From: a virus
IMG/VR virus record: IMGVR_UViG_3300045988_089199
Span: 1-64,000 of that record
DNA: 64,000 bases
Reading direction: 5' to 3' (one strand)
Below the pieces are notes generated by a model. The model ran no database searches and was not told where the DNA came from. It was given only the letters and a program-made list of their open reading frames with translations. This document shows, piece after piece, positions 51,173 through 60,552 of this stretch (the first letter of the stretch is position 1; each line of letters starts with the position of its first letter). Both the position numbers and the translations under genes were made by a program.

Positions 51173-53762
51173 AATCCTTCTCACCTCTAAATCTTTCCTT
51201 TTGGTTATTGTAGTAATCATTTGTATCCTGTACGGACTTAGCAACCTTTTGACCTACTAATACTTTATCCATTACAATTGGTGTATTTGTATCTTCTAAC
51301 GCTTTTTTATATTGTTTACCCATTTCTTTATAATCAAATTCTTGTTTACTGTCCTGCATTGCTTGTGCCATACCTTTTATGGCATAAAGTAAATTACTAT
51401 CAACTGTGTTTTCACTATTTATATTAATACCTGCCGTGCTCATATTAACTTTACCTAGGAATTTATTTGTGTCTATAGTAGTCACTAAACTACTAGCATA
51501 ATCTTTAATAGCTTTTATAGTTTTGCCTGCATTTGCCTCTATACCGACAGTTACACCGGCAGGAATCATTTTCCCTACCATATCCCTAAATACTGTTGAA
51601 GGTGAATGTATACCCAACGCACTCTTTGCGGCATTTAATGCCCTACCTGCTATATCTTTCATTGTACTAAATAATCTACCACATGCACCTGTAATACCTC
51701 TAATAATACCACTTATGATATCACTTCCTATACTTACCATTCGACTAGGTAAATTCCTAATACCATTAATAATATTATCTTTAAATCTTTGTGCAGCTTC
51801 TCTACCCTTTTGAGCAAAGCGTATGGCAAAAGCTATTACTTTTGCAATTGTTGTTAATAGAAAAGACCATACACGACCCGGTAATTGTTGTATAAACGTA
51901 ACTACACTATGTAAGAATTTACTACCAGCTTGTTGTGCTTTACTTGCCATTTGTACTACCCAGTTACCAACTTTACTAATAGTAGTAGTTAACCAAGTCC
52001 ATACTTTACCAGGCAATTGTTGGATAAATGTAATAGCATTTTGTACAAATTTTGAACCAGCTTCATATGCCTTTTGTGCCATTTGTGCTACCCATAGTAC
52101 TGCATACGCTACTACATAACATAACCAGTACCAAATAGTTGCGGGTAAGTTACTAAACCAATTTCCTATATCACTTATCATTTGTGGAATAGTTTGAGTA
52201 AAGAAGTTTTGTAATGATTCTAAAGCATTACTGGCCATAGTTTTTATATTCTCCCATAAGTCAATCCAAAATTCTTTAAAACCGTCAATATTATTCCATG
52301 CCCATATAAAACCAGCTACAAGTGCTGCAATTGCTGCTACAACTAATACAATAGGGTTATCTAATAATACTCCCCAAAGACTTTGTAATGCAGGAATTAC
52401 AGTGTCTGTTATTACTGGTACAATTGTATCTAATAGAATAGATTTAAAAATTAAGAAGGTTGTTCTTACTGTATTAAATGCAGCTTTTAATATTCCTATT
52501 GCTTGTTTCATTTTTAAAAATGTATCAATAGCTTTACCACCTATCCACAAAATCGGTCCAATGGCAGCTACCATTAAGGCGAATGAAACTATAATTTGTT
52601 TTACGGGTCCTGGTAAACTTTTTAGCCAACGTACTAATAATGTAAGTCCATTAACTATCTTTGTTAATACTCCAGTAGTATCACCTAAATCATATTGTAA
52701 TCCTTCCCAGGCACTACTTAATTGTTTTAATGCCCCACTTAACGTACTACTCAATGTGTTAGCCATATCTTCTGCAGTCCCGTCACTGTTTTTAAGTTCA
52801 TTAGTAAATTTATCAATATTGTCTGCTCCTGTGTTACATAGAATACCCATACCCTTAATACTGTCTGCAGTAAATGTTGTCATTAATGCAGCGGTTCTTT
52901 GTGCATCTCCCATACCTTCTGTCGCTTTGTCTACATCTCTTATTATGTCAGTCATACTTCTAAAGTTACCATTAGCGTCCTGTACTTGTACTTTTGTATT
53001 CCCTATGGCTATTGCTCCATTTTTCATCTTTTGAGTCATATCTCTTATGATTGCATTTAAGGCTGTACCACCTTCACTACCTTTAAGACCCGCATCTGCG
53101 AATCTACCTAATATAGCAGTAGTTTCTTCTAAACTCATACCTGCATTATGTGCATTAACCGCACAGTTTTTAAATGCCTCACCTAACATTTCTGTTGTTG
53201 TGTTTGAATTAGCTTGGGCATAAGATAGCACGTCTGCCATACGGCCTGCTTGGTCAGCCTCAAGTCCAAATGCAGTTAGATAATCAGTTACCAAGTCGGA
53301 TGCTTGTGCTAAGTCCATACTAGAAGCTGCCGCTAAGTTTAATACCCCTGGTAATCCATCTGCTGATTGTTGTGCATCCCAGCCCGCAAGTGCCATATAT
53401 CCTAGGGCATCTGCGCATTCTGAGGCACTAAAGACTGTGGACTCGCCAAATTTCTTAGCGGTATCCTCTAACATTTGAAAATCTTTTCCAGTGGCACCTG
53501 AAAGCGCCTTTACTTTTGCCATTGAATCTTGGAATTTCATTTGTGTTTTTACAACACTTGCTCCCAATGCTACAACTGGAGCAGTTACTCCAGCTGTAAG
53601 TGCTGCACCAACAGTTGACAAACTTTCCCCTGTAGCCTTTAACCCACTAAAACTGTTTTGAGTTTGTTGCACTTGTTCTACAGCTCTATTTAAGTTACTA
53701 TTAAAATCACTCATTTCTAATTTTAGGTGAGCAACAATGCTCCCCAAATCTACACCAGCCAT
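51165..53762 (-). CDS. tail tape measure protein
   Basis: About 865 aa, TP901-type core (ALSGATGKDF..GESTVFSA..ADALGYMALAGW), hydrophobic middle section and a tandem 41-aa repeat. Confidence 0.88.
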   Translation of the reverse strand: MAGVDLGSIVAHLKLEMSDFNSNLNRAVEQVQQTQNSFSGLKATGESLSTVGAALTAGVTAPVVALGASVVKTQMKFQDSMAKVKALSGATGKDFQMLEDTAKKFGESTVFSASECADALGYMALAGWDAQQSADGLPGVLNLAAASSMDLAQASDLVTDYLTAFGLEADQAGRMADVLSYAQANSNTTTEMLGEAFKNCAVNAHNAGMSLEETTAILGRFADAGLKGSEGGTALNAIIRDMTQKMKNGAIAIGNTKVQVQDANGNFRSMTDIIRDVDKATEGMGDAQRTAALMTTFTADSIKGMGILCNTGADNIDKFTNELKNSDGTAEDMANTLSSTLSGALKQLSSAWEGLQYDLGDTTGVLTKIVNGLTLLVRWLKSLPGPVKQIIVSFALMVAAIGPILWIGGKAIDTFLKMKQAIGILKAAFNTVRTTFLIFKSILLDTIVPVITDTVIPALQSLWGVLLDNPIVLVVAAIAALVAGFIWAWNNIDGFKEFWIDLWENIKTMASNALESLQNFFTQTIPQMISDIGNWFSNLPATIWYWLCYVVAYAVLWVAQMAQKAYEAGSKFVQNAITFIQQLPGKVWTWLTTTISKVGNWVVQMASKAQQAGSKFLHSVVTFIQQLPGRVWSFLLTTIAKVIAFAIRFAQKGREAAQRFKDNIINGIRNLPSRMVSIGSDIISGIIRGITGACGRLFSTMKDIAGRALNAAKSALGIHSPSTVFRDMVGKMIPAGVTVGIEANAGKTIKAIKDYASSLVTTIDTNKFLGKVNMSTAGININSENTVDSNLLYAIKGMAQAMQDSKQEFDYKEMGKQYKKALEDTNTPIVMDKVLVGQKVAKSVQDTNDYYNNQKERFRGEKDYV
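51865..52113 (-). repeat. tandem 123-nt (41-aa) repeat inside the tape measure gene
   Basis: AQKAYEAGSKFVQNAITFIQQLPGKVWTWL / ASKAQQAGSKFLHSVVTFIQQLPGRVWSFL, with a weaker third unit. Boundaries are approximate. Confidence 0.6.
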
Positions 53763-53786
53763 ATTATTCACCACCTTTATATAATT

Positions 53787-53816
53787 AAAAAACAGTAGAA
53801 CCTTCGTCCTACTGTT
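53787..53816 (-). terminator. hairpin plus T-tract between the chaperone and tape measure genes
   Basis: 8-bp stem AACAGTAG/CTACTGTT (53791..53798 and 53809..53816), followed by TTTTTT on the minus strand. Possibly an attenuator. Confidence 0.4.
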
Positions 53817-53823
53817 AATTTTA

Positions 53824-54084
53824 TTACCCTAATAGTAAATCTAAACCCGGATTTTTAGTTTTACTTTCTTTAATATCTTCTATGAATGTTGGTTTTTTAG
53901 TTTTGCCATCTTTATCAGGTTGCATCATATTGTATAGATATGTTGCAGCTTCATCTATGCAATAACGACCATACACGTCATCTTCATCTATTCCTAATAG
54001 ATCACTAGGTCTACATCCAAAAGTCTTAGCAGTAGAAATAACATTTAGTATCCTCCTACTTTTGAATAGAGGGTATAGCCGCAT
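53824..54084 (-). CDS. tail assembly chaperone, downstream (T-like) ORF
   Basis: Overlaps the end of ORF 54056..54454 in the +1 frame. Its own ATG at 54084 is preceded by AAGGAAATGTGA. Confidence 0.45.
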   Translation of the reverse strand: MRLYPLFKSRRILNVISTAKTFGCRPSDLLGIDEDDVYGRYCIDEAATYLYNMMQPDKDGKTKKPTFIEDIKESKTKNPGLDLLLG

Positions 54085-54454
54085 TCACATTTCCTTGTGC
54101 TTCACCCATTATTTGCATCTTTTGAGTATCTGTAATTACATCTTTAATTTCTTCATATGTTGGCTCTACTAGACTTTGTTCACATACTAAATCTATTATT
54201 TCCATTATATCTTTTATTTTATTTTCATCTTGTTCAAATAATTGCATTGCTTGTGCGTTGTCCTTTTGTTCAAATAGATCATTTACTGTACCTAAAAGAT
54301 TATTTGGAAGTTTTCCACTCATCATAAGATTTAATAGACTTGCCGGTTTTATTCTTACTGCTATTTTTTCTCCTGGCTCAAATCCATCAATCTCTATTAT
54401 TCTAGTCGCCTTTTTTCTAAACTCTCTTGCGCTTATTACTTTTAACTCACTCAT
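54056..54454 (-). CDS. tail assembly chaperone (G-like)
   Basis: 132-aa acidic ORF between the major tail and tape measure genes. AGGAGGG RBS. Confidence 0.6.
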   Translation of the reverse strand: MSELKVISAREFRKKATRIIEIDGFEPGEKIAVRIKPASLLNLMMSGKLPNNLLGTVNDLFEQKDNAQAMQLFEQDENKIKDIMEIIDLVCEQSLVEPTYEEIKDVITDTQKMQIMGEAQGNVNAAIPSIQK

Positions 54455-54480
54455 TGTATTTCCCTCCTATATACTTTATA

Positions 54481-55050
54481 TTATTGTGCAGGGTCTTCTG
54501 GTAAAGCATCCACAAATGTTATTTCTTTTATTGGTAGATTTGCTTTAGTATTTTCTCTAGCTTTTATTTCAAACTCTGGAGCAAAGAATCCATCTCCTAC
54601 TGTCATTGTAGGGAATTTACCAGTACATTTATTCAATGTAACTTTTGCATAGTTAACAATTGAATCTCCAATGTAGTTAGCAACATATAAGTCCAGTCTA
54701 AATGGTTTTGCCACGTTCCCTTCACTCATCATTGGAGTTGATAACTTTTTAGTACCAGATACAGTCCCATCCTCTACTTTATATCCAGCAACCAGCCCCG
54801 CCATTGTATCATCAAATTGATTATCTGTTAGTTTTATATCGTATCCATAAATTAAATCTTCTGTTCTAACAACTGCTAATATACTAACATCATTTCTTAG
54901 TATATCTTCTTCACCTTCACTAAGTACTGGTTCTAATTCAGCCTTTTGTGCAGTTTTTATATGAGCCACAACTCCACTGTCTTTAGCTGCCCCTGTAGTT
55001 GGGTCAAGTTCAGTTATTACCGCCTTTTTAATATTATATAATATAGCCAT
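54481..55050 (-). CDS. major tail protein
   Basis: 189-aa ORF in the canonical position upstream of the chaperone pair. AGGAGGT RBS. Confidence 0.6.
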   Translation of the reverse strand: MAILYNIKKAVITELDPTTGAAKDSGVVAHIKTAQKAELEPVLSEGEEDILRNDVSILAVVRTEDLIYGYDIKLTDNQFDDTMAGLVAGYKVEDGTVSGTKKLSTPMMSEGNVAKPFRLDLYVANYIGDSIVNYAKVTLNKCTGKFPTMTVGDGFFAPEFEIKARENTKANLPIKEITFVDALPEDPAQ

Positions 55051-55064
55051 ATTACACTTACCTC

Positions 55065-55427
55065 CTATTCGTTATCATCATAATCATAATTAAAAATTAC
55101 CGGTGTTCTACAAGTTATAGAACACACATAACATCTTAAATCTTGGTCATACATATCATCACTCATATCATGAGTAATTTCAATGCCAGCTAAATATAAT
55201 GCTTTTCTAACCTTGTTTCTCAACGTATCTAGTTGTAGAGGACTGTGTGGAGTATAGATATATATAATCCAGTTATCCCATCCACAAAGAGTATTATCGA
55301 AACTTTGGTTAGCACTTGTTCTCATTATTATTGCAGTATCCTCTGTGATACGTGCAGGACGGTCATGTACTGGCACTGTTTTAATCACGTCTTTTATTAC
55401 ATTATATATATTAAGTCTCGCACTCAT
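55065..55427 (-). CDS. tail completion / tail terminator-like protein
   Basis: 120-aa ORF, called by position in the neck gene series. Confidence 0.4.
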   Translation of the reverse strand: MSARLNIYNVIKDVIKTVPVHDRPARITEDTAIIMRTSANQSFDNTLCGWDNWIIYIYTPHSPLQLDTLRNKVRKALYLAGIEITHDMSDDMYDQDLRCYVCSITCRTPVIFNYDYDDNE

Positions 55428-55441
55428 TTTTTAACCCTCCT

Positions 55442-55792
55442 TTAAAACAAGTTTTGTATCATACCTTTAAAGTTATCGACCTCACTGTTCCTTGCTTCCT
55501 CTAATATTTTGTATTTACCATCAAAGTCCTTTCTTGTTTCTAAGTAGTACCCATAGTCCACGCCATGTGCAATGCTAATATCTAAATCATTCTCAGTTAC
55601 TTTATATTTACCTTTTAACTTATTCTGTGCTGATTTAGTTCTATTAGTCCAAGGGTGATTGGCTTTAGCATATGTTTGCATATTCTTACTAATAGTACTA
55701 CCTACCACCTTTAACTCAGCCTGCATAGTTTTATTGAAAGTTTTTATTTTATCATTAAATTCTTTAGTATCAAATGTTATTGTATTCGCCAT
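55442..55792 (-). CDS. HK97 gp10-like neck/tail component
   Basis: 116 aa with an ..AKANHPWTNRT.. motif resembling the HK97 gp10 family. Confidence 0.45.
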   Translation of the reverse strand: MANTITFDTKEFNDKIKTFNKTMQAELKVVGSTISKNMQTYAKANHPWTNRTKSAQNKLKGKYKVTENDLDISIAHGVDYGYYLETRKDFDGKYKILEEARNSEVDNFKGMIQNLF

Positions 55793-56186
55793 CTAAATCA
55801 ACCCTTTCCAATGAAACTTGGTATAGTAGATTATAATGTACTACATCGCTTATTTCTATCACCTTGTAATAAGTATCTTCATAAACTATGAAGTCATCTT
55901 CCTGTAATGGAAAGTCTTTTGTATATGTAGCATACAGCGTAGCATATGAATAACCTTTTATAATACCTTGGTTATTATTAGTTATGCTCTTACTTCTGCT
56001 ACTGGAACTATTATCTATTACACATTGTAAATCTTGTACATGAATCATCTCTTCCTTTAGTACTTTACATCCCATTGCATCCACTTCATATATATCCCTA
56101 TATATTGGTACTGGATAGCCATAACTATTTATAGCACTCTGTACCTTCTTTATTGTAGCGGCCTGTATTGTTTGCCTATTGCTCAT
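55770..56186 (-). CDS. head closure / head-tail adaptor protein
   Basis: 138-aa ORF, called by position. Overlaps both neighbouring genes. Confidence 0.4.
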   Translation of the reverse strand: MSNRQTIQAATIKKVQSAINSYGYPVPIYRDIYEVDAMGCKVLKEEMIHVQDLQCVIDNSSSSRSKSITNNNQGIIKGYSYATLYATYTKDFPLQEDDFIVYEDTYYKVIEISDVVHYNLLYQVSLERVDLDGEYNNI

Positions 56187-56475
56187 CTACTCTACGTGGC
56201 ACCTTTCCTGTTATGGAGGTTGCTATGCCGCCTTTGAGTTCTCGATTATATTGGTCTAAGAACATCTTAGCCATGTTATTCCACATATCAGCACTATTTT
56301 TTATTTTAATAGCACCTATGGTAATCTCATCTGCACTGGCTTTAGCCAAACAACATATATAGGCTAATTGGTATATATTGTCATACATAATTGCCATGGC
56401 CTCTAGTTGTTCGTCTGTAAATGTAGGATACTGGTCTTCCATTATTAAGACTTTTAATTGCTCAATATTTACCAT
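56176..56475 (-). CDS. head-tail connector (gp6-like) protein
   Basis: 99-aa ORF directly after the capsid gene terminator. Confidence 0.45.
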   Translation of the reverse strand: MVNIEQLKVLIMEDQYPTFTDEQLEAMAIMYDNIYQLAYICCLAKASADEITIGAIKIKNSADMWNNMAKMFLDQYNRELKGGIATSITGKVPRRVDEQ

Positions 56476-56490
56476 ATAACCACCTCCTAT

Positions 56491-56532
56491 AAAAAAATTG
56501 GTTAGGCTAAGCCGTGTTAGCCTCGCCTAACC
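56491..56532 (-). terminator. hairpin terminator after the major capsid gene
   Basis: Stem GGTTAGGC/GCCTAACC (56500..56507 and 56525..56532) with inner pairing, followed by AATTTTTTT on the minus strand. Confidence 0.6.
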
Positions 56533-56565
56533 TGTATATATAAGGGAATACAATGAGCTATTTAA

Positions 56566-57666
56566 TTATTCGCCAATAGCACCTTTGCTAGCTACATCTA
56601 TTACTGCACAATTGTCTATTGCTTCAAATGATGGAATCATTACACATGAAACAACAGTTACAACTTGTACTGGATGTTTTTCTTTGAAAGTAGTAACAGT
56701 AGTACCATAAGCAGCTTGTGCAACTTGTGCATCTGTTCCTGACATTAAGTCAGATGCTTCTGGAGTAGTACCATAAACAGTATTACCTAAGTTTCCACTT
56801 GGCATTAATACAACTTTATTATCTGGTATTAATACTTCTTGCTGTGTAGCACTTGCTAAACCTGTTCCATGATCTAATTTACCAAATTTTTTACTATATA
56901 CATAAATTGATACACCAGTTACTTGTTCTATAAATGATTTCTTTTGTTGTTCACTTACAAAGTAATGCATTGTAGAATCATCTGGATACATCATTTTTTG
57001 AACTGTATCACAGTTAATCATATTTAGGAATGTATTTCTATTCATAACTGCTCTTGAAGGTCTTATACCTGTTTTAAGTTCCATATCATCACATATATCA
57101 ATTAAGTCCCTAACTGGATCAGCAGTAGCTTTAGCAGCTGGTTGCCATTCAGCTCTAACAGCTTTGTATAAGTTTGTCATTCCATAATCATATACATAAC
57201 GAGCTCTACCATCTGCACTAGCAACATTTATTTTACCAGTTGTCATTAATTGACATCTCATTATTTCAGCTTGAACTCTAGCACCTTCTATTAATCTAGC
57301 AGCTTCATCAAATATTTTTCTAATTAAAGGTAATGCAACTGTATTATCAGGATGAGCTAATAATAAGTTTAATTGTTGTCTATCTTTTTCACCTATTCTC
57401 ATAGCTTCTCTAAAGAATGCCATTTCAGTAGCAACTGCCTCGAAGCCTTCTTTTTCTCTCATACGTGCTTTAACATCGTATTCAGATGGTTGTAATGCTA
57501 CTGGAAGTCCATTAGCACCTTTTAACCAGCTTATATCAGTTCCCATACTAGTTCTTGAAGGGAATAAAGTTTCAGCGAAGTATGGTTCTTTGTTTATTGG
57601 GTTTTCTTTTACATATGCAGCTATTTCTTTTGCGTTTATATAATCAAATAAATTTACATTTGCCAT
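56566..57666 (-). CDS. major capsid protein (gpE-like family)
   Basis: 366 aa. The N-terminus MANVNLFDYINAKEIAAYV...PYFAETLFPSR is typical of the major capsid protein E family. Position after the scaffold and decoration genes. Confidence 0.8.
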   Translation of the reverse strand: MANVNLFDYINAKEIAAYVKENPINKEPYFAETLFPSRTSMGTDISWLKGANGLPVALQPSEYDVKARMREKEGFEAVATEMAFFREAMRIGEKDRQQLNLLLAHPDNTVALPLIRKIFDEAARLIEGARVQAEIMRCQLMTTGKINVASADGRARYVYDYGMTNLYKAVRAEWQPAAKATADPVRDLIDICDDMELKTGIRPSRAVMNRNTFLNMINCDTVQKMMYPDDSTMHYFVSEQQKKSFIEQVTGVSIYVYSKKFGKLDHGTGLASATQQEVLIPDNKVVLMPSGNLGNTVYGTTPEASDLMSGTDAQVAQAAYGTTVTTFKEKHPVQVVTVVSCVMIPSFEAIDNCAVIDVASKGAIGE

Positions 57667-57680
57667 TTACAATACACCTC

Positions 57681-58094
57681 CTAGTTATTTACCACGTGAA
57701 TTAAATCACCAAAGTCTAAATTTTCTTTGTCGCCTATTAATCTATCTTTTCTTACAAATCCATGTACTAATACAGCTGCATTAACAAATGGGTCTGTAAC
57801 TTTGTCATAGTCTGCTATGTCTATAGTATTGAATAATACTGCATTAGCTTTTGTTCCGCTAGTAGCCTCTGCAGAATAAGTTGGTTTTGTAACAACACCG
57901 TCAGCATCCATATGTACTAAAGTACCTCTGGCAATAACTTTACCACTTTTTTCTCCATAAGTAGCTTCATCTGTAGTAGCTAACTTAGCTAATTCTTCAA
58001 AAGCAATTTTACCAGGTAAATTTACATAGTGGTCTGGGAATGCTAAGAATTGTCTTTCTGGTGGTAATATTTTTTTAGTTCTTAATTTTGGCAT
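57681..58094 (-). CDS. head decoration / DUF2190-like protein
   Basis: 137-aa ORF between the scaffold and capsid genes. Start at the ATG 58094 after AGGAGGTG. Confidence 0.35.
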   Translation of the reverse strand: MPKLRTKKILPPERQFLAFPDHYVNLPGKIAFEELAKLATTDEATYGEKSGKVIARGTLVHMDADGVVTKPTYSAEATSGTKANAVLFNTIDIADYDKVTDPFVNAAVLVHGFVRKDRLIGDKENLDFGDLIHVVNN

Positions 58095-58114
58095 AAATGC
58101 CACCTCCTAATTTA

Positions 58115-58771
58115 TTATTTATCATTGTTACCAAAGAAATAATTACTATCAACTTGTTGTGCTTGTTCACTACATTGTTTTCCTAATAGTGAACCAAAGT
58201 CGCCTTCGTGTGTAGTTTTACTACCAAAGGCATTTAGATTACTTGGTTTTCCAGGAGAACCAAGATTTAAAAAACCCTTGTTAGGTTGTGATTGTGATTC
58301 TACATTATCGAATAGGTAGGCCTTGTCCTTTTGTAATGTAGCTAACTGGTCTGTTAATCCATCAACAGTACCATCATCTTTTAATACGACTTTTTCCATA
58401 TCTAAGAATTTCAATAAGTCGTTTACATCTTTAGGTTTAGCATCTGCTAACTCCTTATTTATGGCATTTGTTAATTTATCTTTTTTAGCCTTCGCCTCCA
58501 TGCCGGCAATTTTTTCTTGTAAGGCTTTAACTTGTTCATCTGCTCCTGTAGTGTCTTTTACTTGCTTTTGTAAGGTATCTATTTCCTCGTTAGCCTCTGC
58601 TAACTCCGCTATCTTAGAATCTAAACGGTTTTTAGGTACATATCTATTATCCTTACCATCATCTATTAATACTTTACATCCTTGTTCTTCTAAGGCTTTT
58701 GTTATAGCTAACTCTACTTCAGCAGCATTATCAAGTCCAGCTAAAAATTCTCTTAATTTTCTTTTCGCCAT
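58115..58771 (-). CDS. capsid scaffolding protein (GP20-like)
   Basis: Start at MAKRKLREF after a GGAGG RBS. RYVPKNRLDSKIAEL motif, coiled coil, and Gly/Asn-rich C-terminus. Confidence 0.6.
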   Translation of the reverse strand: MAKRKLREFLAGLDNAAEVELAITKALEEQGCKVLIDDGKDNRYVPKNRLDSKIAELAEANEEIDTLQKQVKDTTGADEQVKALQEKIAGMEAKAKKDKLTNAINKELADAKPKDVNDLLKFLDMEKVVLKDDGTVDGLTDQLATLQKDKAYLFDNVESQSQPNKGFLNLGSPGKPSNLNAFGSKTTHEGDFGSLLGKQCSEQAQQVDSNYFFGNNDK

Positions 58772-58800
58772 ATTTACCTCCAGTTTAACGTCCATCGACG

Positions 58801-58809
58801 ATTATATCA
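58801..58809 (-). promoter_or_regulatory. extended -10 box TGATATAAT (candidate late promoter)
   Basis: The minus strand reads TGATATAAT, 30 nt upstream of the scaffold ATG. No good -35 box. Confidence 0.35.
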
Positions 58810-58895
58810 TTGTTTTGAGAAAACAAAGAAAACATCATTAATACGAGGTTTTAATGGGTAACCAAGAACCTTTGTCATATCTATATATTAATTTT

Positions 58896-58925
58896 ATGGA
58901 CAAAATATTAACTAAAAATGGACAA
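58896..58925 (-). repeat. two direct TTGTCCAT boxes spaced 22 nt apart
   Basis: atggacaa occurs at 58896..58903 and at 58918..58925 (plus strand), between the terminator and the extended -10 box. Confidence 0.5.
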
Positions 58926-58955
58926 TAAAAAACACCCAACTGTTAAGTTGAGTGT
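58926..58955 (-). terminator. rho-independent terminator
   Basis: ACACUCAAC/GUUGGGUGU stem (the U-G wobble pairs only in minus-strand RNA), followed by UUUUUU. Confidence 0.7.
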
Positions 58956-58963
58956 TTAATAAG

Positions 58964-59332
58964 TTATTTAGTTTCTTCCTCTGGAGGATACTTCTCATCA
59001 AATTCCTCTGGTGTTAGTGTTAAATCGGGATTATCTAGTAATACCTGGTGCATCATTACCCCTATACCGTCTATAACATTCTCAAAGTCATCATAACTTA
59101 GTCCTAATACTTGTAAATCTATTCCACGCTCAAACATCATTGCGTGAGCTAGTTCGTGGTAAAAGGTTTGTATTAAACTTTGGTCATCTTGTAGTGATGG
59201 ATCTAATTGTATCTCGTGAGTATACTTATCACATAATCCCAAACACTGTCTACCATTTAGTATTATTGGTTTATCAACTAATTCCACTTTATAGTACACA
59301 CTTCCAACTCTTACTTCTTCAGGTATTACCAT
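58964..59332 (-). CDS. HExxH zinc metallopeptidase-like protein
   Basis: THEIQLDPSL...FYHELAHAMMFERG motif (HELAH), 122 aa. Confidence 0.5.
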   Translation of the reverse strand: MVIPEEVRVGSVYYKVELVDKPIILNGRQCLGLCDKYTHEIQLDPSLQDDQSLIQTFYHELAHAMMFERGIDLQVLGLSYDDFENVIDGIGVMMHQVLLDNPDLTLTPEEFDEKYPPEEETK

Positions 59333-59344
59333 ATAAATCCCTCC

Positions 59345-59494
59345 CTATTTATAAAATATTTCTCCATAAGTTTTATTGCTAGTTATGCATCTATCTATTA
59401 TGTCTATTATCTCTTGCTCAGTAAGTCCTTCTACATCCATTAATGGAAAGTATTGTTCAAATTTGTCTAAGTAGTTTTGTAATTTTTCTCTCAT
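59345..59494 (-). CDS. small hypothetical protein (49 aa)
   Basis: Found by reading: AAGGAG RBS, then MREKLQNYLDKFEQYF... Confidence 0.45.
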   Translation of the reverse strand: MREKLQNYLDKFEQYFPLMDVEGLTEQEIIDIIDRCITSNKTYGEIFYK

Positions 59495-59507
59495 ATTATC
59501 AACTCCT

Positions 59508-59543
59508 TATATATAGTATAGAAAAACTTATCTATTTACTAAC
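59508..59543 (-). promoter_or_regulatory. class B promoter motif, copy 13 (inside the head module)
   Basis: GTTAGTAAATAGATAAGTTTTTCTATACTATATATAAGGAG. Confidence 0.6.
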
Positions 59544-59549
59544 TAATAA

Positions 59550-60530
59550 TTAACTATTTTCATTTTCATATATAGTATCCATTAAACCACTATTTGGTTC
59601 TCCATTAGCCCACGCTTTCATATCTTTAGCAATATCTTCTGGTGTTGCTTCTTTACCATTAATCATCCATACAGGCTCTAGCCAACACGCTCCATTTGGG
59701 TGATCAAGTGGTATTTCGTCCTTGCCTACTATAAATATATGTCCATCTCTCTCATTGCACAAATCACAAGTTCTACCTGCTTCGTGGTTGCTATGCCACT
59801 TTACTCCCCCCATATAAGGATTAACGCTTTTAGTATTTATTACAGCTATTTGTGCTTGATGTGTTATTGTAGTTCGTGCTAATCGTAGTGACTCATAGTC
59901 TAATCCACCACTATATTTTCTTGCATATCCACTACCTAGTTTTTCTCTTATTTTATTTTTACTCCATGTATGATGGCCACCCATAGCAAATTGTTTTAAG
60001 TTCTCAGCCATCTCAGCAGCTCCCATACCTTCGGCAATGCAGGAAGTAATTGCTAAATTAAGTTTATCTTTTGAGCATTTAGTTGCATCCCATAACATTT
60101 CATCTAATCCACGACCATTATAATATATGTTTCCCTTTATCATTTGTTCTACTAATTCTTTATTAGTAATATCCACTAAAACTTGTAATTTATGTTTACC
60201 CTCTACTATTTTAGTTTGGTTTTCTAAAACTTCTTGTAATAAGTCTGCCATTGACTCCTTCTGTATATTTAGTATAGCTTCGGTTTCATCTATTATCCCT
60301 TGTTTTATTAATGGATAAAGCTCATCATATATTTGAGTTTGATATGCTCTTAATAATCTTTGTCTATATTTATTGTCTGTACATTTTTCTAATTTCTTCT
60401 CAAGGTCCTTAAATGCCTTAAGGTATATTTTTCCAATTTGTTCTTCTTGCTCTCTTGTCAGTTTCTTAGGTAGTTGTCTTACTAAGTTCTGTATATCTTT
60501 AGCATATTGTTCATAACTTGTTTTACTCAA
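59550..60530 (-). CDS. head morphogenesis protein (SPP1 gp7 / Mu F-like)
   Basis: 326 aa, TTG start after GGAGGTG. C-terminal ..CDLCNERDGHIF..DHPNGACWLEP resembles the MuF C-terminal motif. Confidence 0.6.
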   Translation of the reverse strand: MSKTSYEQYAKDIQNLVRQLPKKLTREQEEQIGKIYLKAFKDLEKKLEKCTDNKYRQRLLRAYQTQIYDELYPLIKQGIIDETEAILNIQKESMADLLQEVLENQTKIVEGKHKLQVLVDITNKELVEQMIKGNIYYNGRGLDEMLWDATKCSKDKLNLAITSCIAEGMGAAEMAENLKQFAMGGHHTWSKNKIREKLGSGYARKYSGGLDYESLRLARTTITHQAQIAVINTKSVNPYMGGVKWHSNHEAGRTCDLCNERDGHIFIVGKDEIPLDHPNGACWLEPVWMINGKEATPEDIAKDMKAWANGEPNSGLMDTIYENENS

Positions 60531-60552
60531 TATATCACCTCCAATGTAATTA

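Noticed and set aside
51865-52113. The tandem 123-nt repeat in the tape measure gene as a noteworthy element.
   Set aside because: In-frame tandem repeats are a common, well-known property of tape measure proteins linked to tail length. It is listed as a feature only.
54056-54090. A canonical -1 programmed frameshift (X_XXY_YYZ slippery site) for the tail chaperones.
   Set aside because: Frame arithmetic shows the downstream ORF is +1, not -1, and no slippery heptamer is present in the overlap. The case is reported only as an open question.
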